Part shown: piece by piece, positions 1 to 11,930 of the stretch | How positions within the stretch are numbered: the first letter of the stretch is position 1 | How the letters are laid out: each line of letters begins with the position of its first letter | From: Nageia nagi | Lineage: Eukaryota; Plantae; Pinophyta | DNA: 64,000 bases | Assembly: GCA_050084985.1 (NCBI GenBank) | Contig: JBITNC010000001.1 | Span: 148,862,001 to 148,926,000 of the forward strand | Direction: 5' to 3' | The notes under the pieces: generated by a model | Seen by the model: the letters and a program-made list of their open reading frames with translations, nothing else | Databases searched by the model: none | What the model was told of the DNA's origin: nothing | Position numbers and translations under genes: made by a program

Positions 1-846
1 TTTGTGCAGAGGGTTTTGTTTGTCTAAACACCTCAGAATATATAGGAATATCTAAATAAGACCGTGAAGTATTTGAAACGAGTTGTGTTCTATATATCAC
101 CAAAACATCCCTACAAACAATAATCTTATTAGTGGATACATCTTGCGACTGGCAAGCTTTTAACTACTCACTACAATCAGCAATGAAATATGCTTGCAAT
201 TTGCATTTACCTTGAACCTTATTGTTAGGAAATAAAGCATATTCTACTGAACCAGAAACAGGAAGGGTTAATCATCTTGGGCTTACTTCCTGACCATACT
301 TCGTCTTCAAGAGTGACATCCTTCAATGGATCTGGATACAACTAACCAGGTAAACTGCCATATATACGTTTGCTTAATGCTTTCATGGCACTCCAAAGGC
401 TATTTAGCATACCTGCCCATGTCAACAATTGTGCTATTCATACTTTCAGCCATCCCATTTGGAGTGTGGTGTGCAAACAGGACACATCCTTCAAATCCCA
501 AACTGTTTGTTCTGCTTTTTGAATTTTCAACTTAATAAAATACCAGAACATCACTCTACTAATGAGCTACTGTCCCTCTTATGGGTTCGGTTTTATTATG
601 ACTGTGATTTGCTTCTCCAAAATAAGTGTGACTTTATATTGAATGCTTATTTCAGTGGTTTCATTTTTTCACGTTGTGTGAACTTGCATTTGATATCCTT
701 TCTCATATGTGCAGTCTGCTCTCTGTCTATTATGTGGCAACCATGTCTTGTCTTGGAACATTATGCTTGTATGAAAGTTCTTAAGAAAAGCAAGATATTT
801 GTGATGTAAAGATTACATTTTTTCTTCATCCTACCAACCGTTTTAG

Positions 847-951
847 TTGGAGTGTAAAGCAGATTCAGAAGCTGATCCATGGGCAAGCGAAGCTGAAGTG
901 GAATTCATTGAGCCATTAGATCCTTTACAGATGAGAAAGTTTCTGAATTTG
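847..951 (+). CDS. PRKDC: DNA-PKcs exon A (internal exon; upstream exons lie outside the window)
   Basis: ttttAG acceptor at 845-846 and GTGAGT donor at 952. LECKADSEADPWASEAEVEFIEPLDPLQMRKFLNL resembles, from recall, vertebrate DNA-PKcs ...[20 protein letters not shown]. Phase 0 join to the next exon. Confidence 0.82.
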
Positions 952-1053
952 GTGAGTTCATTGTCACTTGAAGTTGAAGGTGTAACTGGTGCAAGGACAG
1001 TTAGGTGTCCTAACCATTTTCTGATGATATGCTTGAATTGTTGGCTTTAACAG

Positions 1054-1082
1054 GTGGAATTTGTCCAAGAATTGTTGTCTGG
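1054..1082 (+). CDS. PRKDC: DNA-PKcs exon B, 29-nt micro-exon
   Basis: aacAG|GTG GAA TTT GTC CAA GAA TTG TTG TCT GG|GTGAGT encodes VEFVQELLS(G), cf. vertebrate VEFCREILP. Its phase 2 end is completed by the first base (T) of the exon at 27055. Confidence 0.85.
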
Positions 1083-2823
1083 GTGAGTTTATTTAATCCT
1101 TCTTTTATGATTTACCTGCTCATCATTGTTCAATGTTGTAGTTATGTAAATATGCATGTACATCTGTTTTAAGCTGGAAGCTTCCTCACATTGTTACTGC
1201 TGCTTTGAAAATATCTTAAAGATTATTAAGGTATAGTAACAGCTTCTTTATATGAAATTTTGGAAAAGGTAATCCGTATTTCCTATGGGCAGAAAAAAGA
1301 GGGGAATTGGGGGAATAAAATAAAAGATGACATGGAAAAGGAATAAAGGGTAGTTTTAGTTTGGGAAACAAGTTATATTAGTGAAGAACTGCTGCTGTTT
1401 TGATGGCTTGTGAATAACCAAAACGCTTACTCATCACATACAGAAAGAAAGAAAGAAAATACATTAATGTCCACGGGTGATCAAAATGAAGAAATAAACG
1501 AAATTGCCAACAACGAGGTGCAATCTCCAAACAGACCAAAATTACCAAATTGACAGTTTATACTATGGCGAATATGTGATGAACAATATCGTGAGCTTAA
1601 GACAAACTATGGGGTGTTATATATCATTGGAAAGGTATTGAAAAGACCTTTCTAACGGTGTATGGCGATTTAGAAAAGGAGATGTAAATCTCTGGCGATT
1701 CTTGACGATATGAGACACTGTCTTTGGTGATCAAACGACAGTTTCGCAGCAGTAATACCTCACAAAGAATGGGATGTCACTATGGCGATTCTTAACGAAA
1801 GTATAGTGTGTAATATACTGTTGCAAAGGTTTAAAAAAAAACTATCTAATGATTGGTGGCGATTTGCAAATAGCTCAATAAAACTCTAGGGAATTTTGGC
1901 GACACAAGACACTGTTGTTGACAATCCTAGACTTGACAGAATGGTGATTTGCATTGGATGTTCGCTCTATCTAAATTATTGCAAATTTGCATACTATACC
2001 AATTCATTATAAAATGTTACAATGAGATTTTTTTTACTCTATTCTAATCTAATACAAAGATAATAAAACTGTCACATAAAGAATAACAGTCAACAACTGT
2101 TACAAACTGAAATATTCCTACAGTTACACATTTTTTATTCTACAGTTACAAAATGAGGGACAAATTTGTTTTGCTGACTTGGAAATGCCACATGGTATAT
2201 ATCATATTCCAACACAAAAGCGTTCAATGGGATTGGGAAGTGCATGTGTGATAAAGTAGCAAGTGGGGTGCCATGTGACCCTCTAGAGCAACAACCTAAA
2301 ATATACAATTAAAGGGCAAAGTATTAAAGGAAAATAAATAATCAGAAAAAAATACAATAAAGTAAAGGTCAGTCATGAAGGGAATGCCAAGGGCTTGGCT
2401 ATGAAAGAGCTTACAGGCATTCTCGGTGTGTGGCTAGGTTGGGATCCCTTTGGACTGTTAGGTTTGTGTTTGTGTCGACTATGCTGGAGCTAATCAAGGA
2501 TGTAATCTATCGAGTCCTTAGTGGAATAAAGCTCACATGTACTGTTTGATATATTATTGTTATATGTTGAGTAGTTTAGCGGGTGTTACAATACGTGTGT
2601 TGTTTAGTTATTTTGTTATAACATGTTGGTTAATTTATTATCTATTCTTGTCATGTTTTTCCTATTTATTAGTGCAATACAATAAGGAATTCATTTGACT
2701 CCAATATGGTATCGCAGAAGGTTGAGAAAAGAGCTATGGGCTGGTGAGGTTGCCCTCCCACCTGATTATGTGAATGCTTTGATTCGAGCAGTTGTGTATT
2801 GTAAATAAATATTTAGGTATTTC

Positions 2824-2998
2824 AATTTGTTTGTTTGTTCTTGTGGAATATACTGTGTCGTATTCTGTTGTGCATAGTGTGTGATTAGACTGCCAAGAGA
2901 TCTGCATTTATTTTAATTTGTTTGTTTGTTCTTGTGGAATATACTGTCGTATTTTGTTGTGCATAGTATGTGATTAGACTGCCAAGAGATCTGCATTT
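2824..2998. repeat. Tandem duplication of an ~90-bp unit (2 copies)
   Basis: aatttgtttgtttgttcttgtggaatatactg...gccaagagatctgcattt occurs at about 2824-2909 and 2915-2998. Confidence 0.85.
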
Positions 2999-4749
2999 TT
3001 TATTGCAAAAATTGTTGAGATTTGTAGATTTTGGAAGGAAAGTGTCCAAAACTTATCTTGAAGAACTTGTTTAAGAAATCCACACATAAAAAGATATTTG
3101 TAAGTGTTTTTTTCATATCTTTGCATAGAAGAAGAGCGCCCTTCCCATTTTTGTATTTATATATTGTGTACAATTTGTAGTCTTTCTTGACTCGTTGAGG
3201 TTGCTCATCTCTTCGTGATTGATCTGTTCAAAAATCAACTGCTTGAGGAAGATCTGCAGATTCAAAGTGGTAAAGGAGTGTGTTCAGAATTGCATGACTT
3301 GTGTAAAAGCTTGCATGAAGAGGAGAAAAACGTGTGAAGTGTAATGGAGGACCAATGTTACTATGCGAAGGAGATTTGGAGAGAAATTGAGTGCAACTAT
3401 CACGGCAAAGAAGTCGTTTCTTTTCCTCTATGTCATTTTGCAGATCTAATATTGTTTTTCTATATGTTGGGTTTGACCTCTTTTCTAGACGGGTCATGGT
3501 ACTTAATTTGGCGTATGCACAACCCATGTGCACTTTGGAGGAGTGGTGTGCATTTGCATTGGATGTTCGCTCTATCTAAATTGCAGACTCCATTCAAACC
3601 TGATCTGTCACTTGATGATACGACAATTCTCACCACATGTGCCTTATTATTGTAATATTATGGGTTTGTGAGAAATCAAATGATATGTCGCAAAAATGCA
3701 GCCTCAACTACAGGTTTGCATAGATTTATATCATTGTGAAAAAAATGTGATGTTTATTTTGTTGGATTCTTACTACTATGTGTTGCTATGTGAATAGTTG
3801 TTTGAGTCTTTATCCCCTATTTGTTGTGATAATAATGGGTTCTTGTCATGAAAGTTAACATTTTCAAGTGAGGAGTTTTTCTAGAAAGTTGCCAAAAGTC
3901 TAAGTGGTGAAGTTTTATTGGAGGTTGCCATAAGTCTATAGAGAAGGTTAAAAGAAGGTTGTCAAAAAGCGTGAGTGGTGATTGAACTTTGTTACATGTA
4001 AGGATAGTTTTCTACAATCTCATGATATTGGATGGTTGTATAGATAGAATAGTTTGCTGTGATCTATATGCTACTGGATGGTCATGTCTTTAAAGTTGAC
4101 ATTTGTTTGATGAGTGTTCATGATTGGATGCATCCCCAATTATAATGGTTGTAGATAGATGTGTTTGTCCTTGTTTACACCTTATTGTTTGATCATGGAT
4201 AAATGTGTTTGTCCCTATCATTTTTTGGTCATGAGAATATGCATTTGTTGTTATTGAAGTTACTCTTAATGAGGTAAAGTTTTCAAAACATTTTTTGTTG
4301 TTGGTTGGACATGATGGTAGATGCCCAATTAGTACCACAAAAAAAATGGAAGAGTGGTAAATCCCAAGTCATTACCACATGAAGAATGAAGATGGCAAAT
4401 ACAAAAAAATTGTCATATGAGATTTTAGTGAACCCATTGTTGTTAACAAAATAATGATATTGATGTAATGATAAAATTAAGGGATTTTATCAGTTTTCAT
4501 TAAGTCGGGTGTTAGAAATTTTATAGTTTGATATATTATTGTTATATGTTGAGTAGTTTAGTGGATGTTAGAGTATATGTGTTGTTTGTTTATTTTGTTA
4601 TAACAACTTGGTTATGTTGTTATCTATTATTGTCATATATTTTCCTATTTATTAATGCAATATAATGACGAATTCATTCGACTCCAATGGGTACCCACAA
4701 ATGGTGCATCAAGTAGGCGGGAGAGGATTGTCTCTCCTCTTATAGGCCC

Positions 4750-6600
4750 CCTCCTCCAAGGAGGCTTGGAAAAATGATGTAATAAGGCAATCTCTTGACA
4801 GGTGTTGGTTCTTGATAGGACGCACTTCCTAAGAAGGAACACCTCTTTAATCTATAGTGCCATACAACATTGGTTTGAATTATGAAAGTAGAAATCGAAT
4901 TGTGGGAATCTCGAAAGGGAATGGTACTGTCCTAAAATATCATAATAAACTGAACACCTGAAGATGATGTGATCCTCAAACTTGGACCCTAGTGAGCACA
5001 ATGGATATACTCGAAGCTCATGCGCTTGATGGTAAGTCATCTTTGTCCACAATTTGTAAGGATCCAAAACACAACTCAAGTGCAATTAAACCAAAATACA
5101 CAAGTATGCACCCAACGTCTAGTCTATAAGGGCAATTACAAGCATCAAACACCTCAATATGCCAATGTTAGGGTTAGGGCACGAAATACAAGCTCAATCA
5201 ACGTACAAATGCCAATGTATGGCCAAGGAAAGCAGATATCAATGATCAAACCCTCACAATGCCAACGTCTAACTCATACATACATAAAATAGACATACAC
5301 CACACATTGCAATAATGAACACATGCACAAGATAATATGAGACCCGAATGTCCATTGGATGTATATATGATAAAGAATGAACAATGATACAATACCAAGC
5401 TCCCAGAGCTGGATGTTGGCCTCCAAAGAGCCAACTAGGTAAAGTCATGTATCCTTAATGTTGGATGAACAAGTAGAACCATTGGACAACCTTGCTTCCT
5501 TACAACCTGAATTCTCTCCAAGATGCTACACCAATGCTGTAGACAATCAAGATCCCTCAACTTGATGGCCCTCCTATATGCTGCACCTAGGGGATTGCTT
5601 AGCGCCTTTAAGATTGGTGTCCACAGGACGGTATCAATGAAATAATAGTATAATAAGGAATATCCAACAATGAGGCTCCAATGCCTCTTTATACACTCAA
5701 CTCTTTCTGGATCTCACCTAGGAGTCATCATCTAATTCCTTAATCTCAACGTTAGCCTCCTAGGGGCCCATAATGCCCAACGTGGGTGCCTAGGGGTCAA
5801 GAATGCCAATTTGGGGGCATGGAGTGCCATGAAGGCCAATGCGGGGGTCTAGGAGTGCCACGCATGCCCAATGTGGGTTTGGGAGCCATGCGTGTGGCCT
5901 AGGTTTCATGATGGTCCAATGTTGGGGTCTAGGAGTCTCCCTAAGGCAGACGCATGTATACAAGTGCTCATCCATCCATCTAAGTGTAAAACAGATCTTG
6001 GGATTCCCACAATCAAGATCAAGATCTCCAAGTATAATAAAACACCTATTCTGTGCTTGGGAGAGAGACGCCCCACTTGGGCTTAAAGTGGGGTCCATTG
6101 ATCCATTAAGTCTTCTATCCCAAGTTACAACATGAAAGTACAATGCAATAATAAAATATATTATAAGAGGAATCCGTTTGATTCCACAATTACAATCATG
6201 CAAGGGGGTCGGCACACAATTGGTGTGAACACATTCGAAACTATCCAAGGAACATCCTTAATCCTAGATGTAAGTGTAACTTGATATATCGTTGCGGGTA
6301 GGATCCACCCTCTGTCAATGTGAACAAAATGTTGGTAGTAATGAAGGAACTTGGGTTTAAGGGGATGTTGGGGAGTGATCAAAGTGGATTCAATTTATGC
6401 CTTTTAGATCATCTCTTTGGGGAGTATCAACGTGTCAATTGGGTTTCTATGTGATCCACCTCAAGGTATAGTTAATCATCCATGGACAAAGCCTAAGTGT
6501 TGTAATGTGTCAGTGACATTAGAGAACCAACATGATCGAAACCCCTGTGGTTCTAAGTCCATCGATGAAGCCAAGGTCCTATAAGGGAGTCGGTGCATAC
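4750..6600 (-). mobile_element. Decayed 3' part of a non-LTR retrotransposon (RTE/RTEX/L2-like ORF2 C-terminus), interrupted by a solo LTR
   Basis: Removing 5055-6221 joins the minus-strand peptide FRMCSHQL-WTKMTYHQAHELRVYPLCSLGSKFEDHIIFRCSVYYDI. This matches the R..SH.L...R.C..C....E.H..F.C..Y motif of these LINE clades. Outer boundaries are approximate. Confidence 0.6.
5055..6216 (-). mobile_element. Solo LTR, Gypsy family A (1,162 bp)
   Basis: TGTAAG...GGCACA termini with a perfect 5-bp TSD CAATT (5050-5054 and 6217-6221). Homologous to 35361-36508, 36990-38175 and 38773-39963. Confidence 0.9.
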
Positions 6601-6629
6601 CTCCTCCAAGTGATGCAAGATGCTAGAGT

Positions 6630-7573
6630 CGACGAAGAAAAAGAATTAATGCTACAAGATATCACACCAACAAAAATTAGCAATCAAACTCAACAAACAT
6701 GATGTGATGGGAATGATCCTCTTGCTTCAAATCTAGCAAAACAATGTACTAATCAGGATCCTCTCTTGTTTGTGGCTTGACATCCTTGCGTGCCTTGTTC
6801 CTTGCGGCTTTGCGACCCTCGTGACCTGACCACCTACATATCTTGATGCTTGTGATCTCACGACCTTGCGACCACATGACTCGTTTCCACTATCTGACCC
6901 CTTGCGCACCGTATTCCTTGTGGCCTAATCACCCATGTGACCTAACCCTTGACTCTTTGTAGTCTTGTGGCCCTCGTGATCCCATTGCCTTGACCTCACC
7001 CATTTTGGCATGGCGCAAACAAACTCCACAACCCTTCATTACAGCCTGACATCTTTGCGGCTCTGTACGAATGGTTTCAAATGGCAATGAGAGCAGTGGA
7101 TAGGCTATGAGAAGAAATTGCAATAATCAGATAGAGATAGTTGGGAGTGTGGAAATTTCTGGGCTAGACCATTGAGGGTCTTTGTGACAGAGTTGGCAAG
7201 TTTGCCAAACCTTTTTCTTCTGTAATTTGTCAAGTTGGTGCTTGGCAAGAGGGGTTGATGTTTCTTGCAGTGGGTGCTATAGAACTTAGGGGTTGGTGCT
7301 CCTTTCAGTTGTAGTTGATAAATTAGGGGTTGGTGCTCCTTCTAGTTGGTGTTGGTAAACTGATTGTAAAGTTAGTGCTTTGCAATGGTTGGATTTGAAT
7401 TATTTTATTGGTGAACGTCGTTACATCTTGTGTTGTGTGATATTTTGTTGTGGTGCTTGCTTTGCTTGGTTTTATGTTTGCACTATTTTATTTTAAGTGG
7501 CAAAGTTAAAGATTTAAGTTTTAATTTATCACACTGATTCACCCTCCCTCTCAGTGTCACTTGAAGCCTAACA
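6630..7573 (+). mobile_element. Probable Copia-type LTR remnant
   Basis: Ends CTGATTCACCCTCCCTCTCAG...CCTAACA, a Copia-like LTR 3' end. Internal short repeats (ggggttggtgctcc). The 5' boundary and TSD were not resolved. Confidence 0.45.
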
Positions 7574-7672
7574 GACTCCCTTCACTATCTTGCTCATAAT
7601 TTGGTCTCCAAATTTGCAAAAAATAGGGTCCCCAAAATCTTGTATTTTGGGATGTGTTGTGTGGGCACAACA
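7574..7672 (-). mobile_element. Truncated terminus of the TGTTGTG-family giant element
   Basis: Reverse complement reads TGTTGTGCCCACACAACACATCCCAAAATAC...TTTTGGGGACCC...TTTGCAAA, nearly identical to the start at 48363. Confidence 0.75.
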
Positions 7673-7679
7673 GATACCA

Positions 7680-8275
7680 AAAAAAAAAGTAATAATTTTG
7701 CTTGAAAAAAATCCTAATTTTTTAGTAAATCAACAAAGTACAAATAAAATATGAACTAGTAGTGGAAGACATTAATCAACTTAAAACAAGAAAATCTTGA
7801 GGTGGTTATTGTAGAAAATGAATTTCACAAGGAAGGGAATGAACAACAATTGAACATAGATACACAATCGCAAAAAGGAAATTTGCTTGAAAATGAAGGA
7901 TGACAACAATTGAAAGTGAAGGAGATCATTAAGCAAGTATGGGATAGCTGAAATGCCAACATTAGAGGATGATCTAGTGGAAAATCATGAGATGGACAAT
8001 TAGATGGAGTTTGATGAAGAAATGGTGGTGAAAGAGATTCAATTGTCTAAAAACTTTGATCGGATAACTTGAAGCACAACTAACAAAACAAATATTGGAC
8101 AAAGGGGACTTGGGCATCCTACTAAAAGGAAAGTGAGGGTTAAAGAAACAACCAAAATAGTTGTAGGTGGTAAGCAGTCAAATTTGGATGGTTTTGGGAG
8201 AGAAAAGCACTCCCAAAACTAGGGCGAAAATGATGAAAATGTCATGAACATCAAGGATTGAATTCCCTCTCAACA
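7680..8275 (+). mobile_element. Decayed L1-like LINE fragment (ORF1 end and ORF2 endonuclease start)
   Basis: atgaaaatgtcatgaacatcaaggattgaattcc at about 8233 resembles a degraded MK..SWNI(K/R)GLNS endonuclease start. It follows an acidic, purine-rich ORF1-like tract. Confidence 0.4.
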
Positions 8276-9913
8276 CCCAAGTTTAATTGGTGGTGAAAAG
8301 CTTGAGTTTGATGGAGAAACTTAGAATCCTGAAAATGCACAACTACGAAGCAAATCTAAGTGCAACAAGGACAATATGACCAAACAAAATTCCATATTTC
8401 CTATTTAACCTTGGTTTTTGCATTTTTCAACCTTGTTGTTTAGTTACACAAGTTTTTCATAATTTCTAAGTGAGAATATCAGCTTGAACTCGTAGAAACT
8501 CACTTGCAAGTTCAATGGCAATTGAATTGCTTACGAATGATCTTGGAGGGAATCATGATTTTCCTATGATTTCTTGCAATTTTTTCAAATAGGGGAATGA
8601 ACTGTGAAAAATTCATTTTAAGGCTGCAAAGATCTTGATGTATGTGAAAAGTACTATTGATATTGGTATCTATTATTATTATTATTATAGTGATTTTGAT
8701 TGGTGAGGCAATTTGAATGACCAAAAATCTACTTCTAACAATTAATTTACTCTTGTTTAAGACATGAGAGAACTAAGCCTAAATGACTAGATTCCTCTTC
8801 TACCAAAATCTCATGAAAACTCTCTGAAACATCATCAGACTAACAGAAACATAATAGCCAATCTTACAAAGTTGACACCAATATAAAGTGGGTCATCCAA
8901 CCATGGGAGTACATCCACTAATCTAAGATCTTCTTATTCACAAAGAGGACTCTCTTACAACAACTCTTCCTCACTTCTCGTAACAACCTTAAAGCATAAC
9001 TTTGCTGCAAACTTGAGTGAGTAATCTCGAGGAGAGAGCGCTCTATTTATAGGCCAAAATCTTCTGTTGAATCACTCTTTTATCCATTGTACAAAGTCAT
9101 GACATGTATCACCCTTTTACCAAAGGAGCATGCTCATGAGGTGGAGTGTAGGAGAAAGTTACATTATTTTATTTACAAATACTTATAAGGTATGTAGGGA
9201 TACTTTTAAGTATTAGTGAATTTACATTACCATATTCATTAAATACTTAAGGTATTTAGGATACTTTTAAGTATTAGTGAAATTATGTTAAGAGACCTTA
9301 CAATAATGAATTATACATTCCAACACTCATCTTTAATGCAATATTGGGGTAGAGCAAAGAGAAGAGAAGAAAGAGAGAGTTCTTGTCCATAGAAATACAA
9401 TTGAAGATGTGAACATTTACATCTTTGAGAAATAAGCAAGATCTTAGATTGAGGCTCATTACATTACCATTTGACAAAATTGTTTACAATACAATTATTA
9501 ACCGCAATTGGTTTCACTATATAAAACAATCGTTCAACAATAAGATGACATGATGAGCCTCCATGACCCTACCCACTCGAAGTAGGTAACTTGCTCTCTC
9601 AAGAAGAAACCTGCAAGCTACAAGCAGTTCATAAACAAGATCAGTCAGATGCATCATATAAACATTCATATCAACATAAGATAAATAAATCAATTAATAC
9701 CATCCATAAACTGATGAATGGTGCACTATAAGTCATCACGAAGATGCCAAACCAATAGTCATAGTCACTTGCTATATAGAAACATGTGTTGATCACCATA
9801 AAAAAATAGAGCATAAACACATACAAGTTCCTCACATATAGATAACCAAATAGTGCTAAAATGCGCATACTAATTCCTCACATATTGATAACTAAAACAA
9901 TGCTAGCAAAAGG

Positions 9914-10098
9914 CATCATATGCTTCAAAATGTACAACTAGTTCTTCACATGGAGCCATCTAATTTTGAAGGTGTACATCATATGCTATAAAAAGTACAA
10001 CTAGTTCCTCATAGAGCGAATTAACCACGAAGGTGTACATCATATGCTAAAAAATGTACTAGTTCCTGACACAAAGCGAACTAACCACGAAGGTGTAC
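9914..10098. repeat. Tandem repeat, ~62-bp unit x3, in the Copia 3' UTR
   Basis: catcatatgct..aaa.gtacaactagttc...gaaggtgta recurs at about 9914, 9977 and 10038. Confidence 0.75.
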
Positions 10099-11530
10099 AC
10101 AAAAATCAATACTATACAACCAAAAAATCCTCCTTGGGATGAAGTTGTCATCACAAATATAAATTCATCAAGAATTCAAGCTTCACTGCTCCTTGAGGAC
10201 AACTTCACCAACCTAATGGATTCCTTAAGCTTTCAGAATTGGGCATTAGGAAGGGGCTTGGTGAACAAATCAACGAAGTTTACAATTGATGGTCAATACT
10301 GCAATTGTAGGATACCATCTAGAACCTTCTCCCTGATAAAATATGTTTGGAGCTAAGAGATAGAGTGATTCCAGAAGAGACTAGGATCGCAACAAGTTTG
10401 CACTTCTCCATTCCAAACTTCTGCAATATATATGAGATATACTTGGATTGATTAAGGTATGTACAATCTTTGTATTGGTACACTTGCATTCCAAGGTAAT
10501 AGTGGAAGAGACCAAGATGAGTCATTTCAAATGTTGCCTTAAGTTTGGATATGCACTCTTGGATGATTTCAACATTATTTTCTATGATCAACATATCATC
10601 CACATAGAGAAGAATCAAGATCAAGTTTTGTCTTTGATTGAACACATAAAGATCAATATCAGAGAAGCGCTTGGAAAATCCAATGTTCTCAAAGTATCTT
10701 GAAATATTTTTGTATTAGGCTCTAGGTGCTTCATAAGTCCATATAAAGACTCCTTTAGCTTGCACACAAAGAACTATTTGCCTTCCACAACAAACCCTTC
10801 TTGTTGGTTCATGTAGATCTCCACATCTAAGTCACCATTGAGAAAAACACTCTTGATGTCAAATTGAAAAACTTTCTATCTTTGAGCTGTGGAAAGAGCA
10901 ATGATTAAGCTGATTGTGGGCATCTTTGCCACTGGAGAAAATATTTTCTCATAATCAACTCCGTATTTCTGAGCAAAACCCTTAGCTACTAACCTTATCT
11001 TGTATTTCTCAATTTCTTCAATTGAATTGTATTTGACCTTGTAAATCCATTTATTGCCAATCACATTCTGTTCATTGGGGTAGGGAACCAAGTCCCAAGT
11101 TTTATTTTTTATTAGAATCTCATACTCCACTTTCATGGCTTCCATCCAACATTCGTGCTTCGAAGCTTCCTTGAATGATAAGGGCTCATTCTTGCTATTA
11201 ATTTTGGCAAACAAAGATCTTGTTATCCTTTGTGTTGGAGAATTTTGCTCCTGAGGTGACTTATCTACACTGATATCCATTGAGTTAGATGCAACAGAAG
11301 AGTCATCAAGATCATCAGAATCCTTATAAGAAGAAGATTCCTCAAGAAGTTCATTGAACTTTACATCCCTTGAGACGAAATCTGCTATGGAGGAAGGAGA
11401 GTAGAGCTTGTAGCCTGTATGCTAACTGTCATAGCCCACAAAGATGCACTTTTCGGATTTCTTATTCAACTTTTTTCTTTTCTCTGAAACAATAAAGGCA
11501 TAAACATCATAAACAAAAACCCTTAAGTAG

Positions 11531-11930
11531 TAGATGTTAGGTTTTTTTCCCGTCTATGCCTCATATGGGGTTTTGCCTTCAATTGCTTTCATAGGGCACC
11601 TATTAAGAGTATAGATCGCAGTGCTCATAGCTTCACCCCATAAGAAACTAGGTAGATTTCTTGAGTAGATGTTAGGTTTTTTTCCCGTCCATGCCTCATA
11701 TGGGGTTTTGCCTTAAATTGCTTTCGTAGGGCACCTATTAGGAGTATAGATCGTAGTGCTCATAGCTTCACCCCATAAGAAACTAGGTAGATTTCCTGAG
11801 TAGATGCTAGGTTTTTTTCCCGTCCATGCCTCATATGGGTTTTGCCTTCAATTGCTTTCGTAGGGCACCTATTAAGAGTATAGATTGCAGTGCTCATAGC
11901 TTCACCCCATAAATAACTAGGTAGATTTCC
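11531..11930. repeat. Tandem triplication of ~134 bp inside the Copia integrase
   Basis: tagatgYtaggtttttttcccgtc...gggcacctatta...ctaggtagatttc at about 11531, 11665 and 11800. Confidence 0.9.

Noticed and set aside
3228-3655. ~100-aa ORFs as possible host exons or a nested gene
   Set aside because: No recognisable motif, and the DNA-PKcs alignment leaves no room for an exon here.
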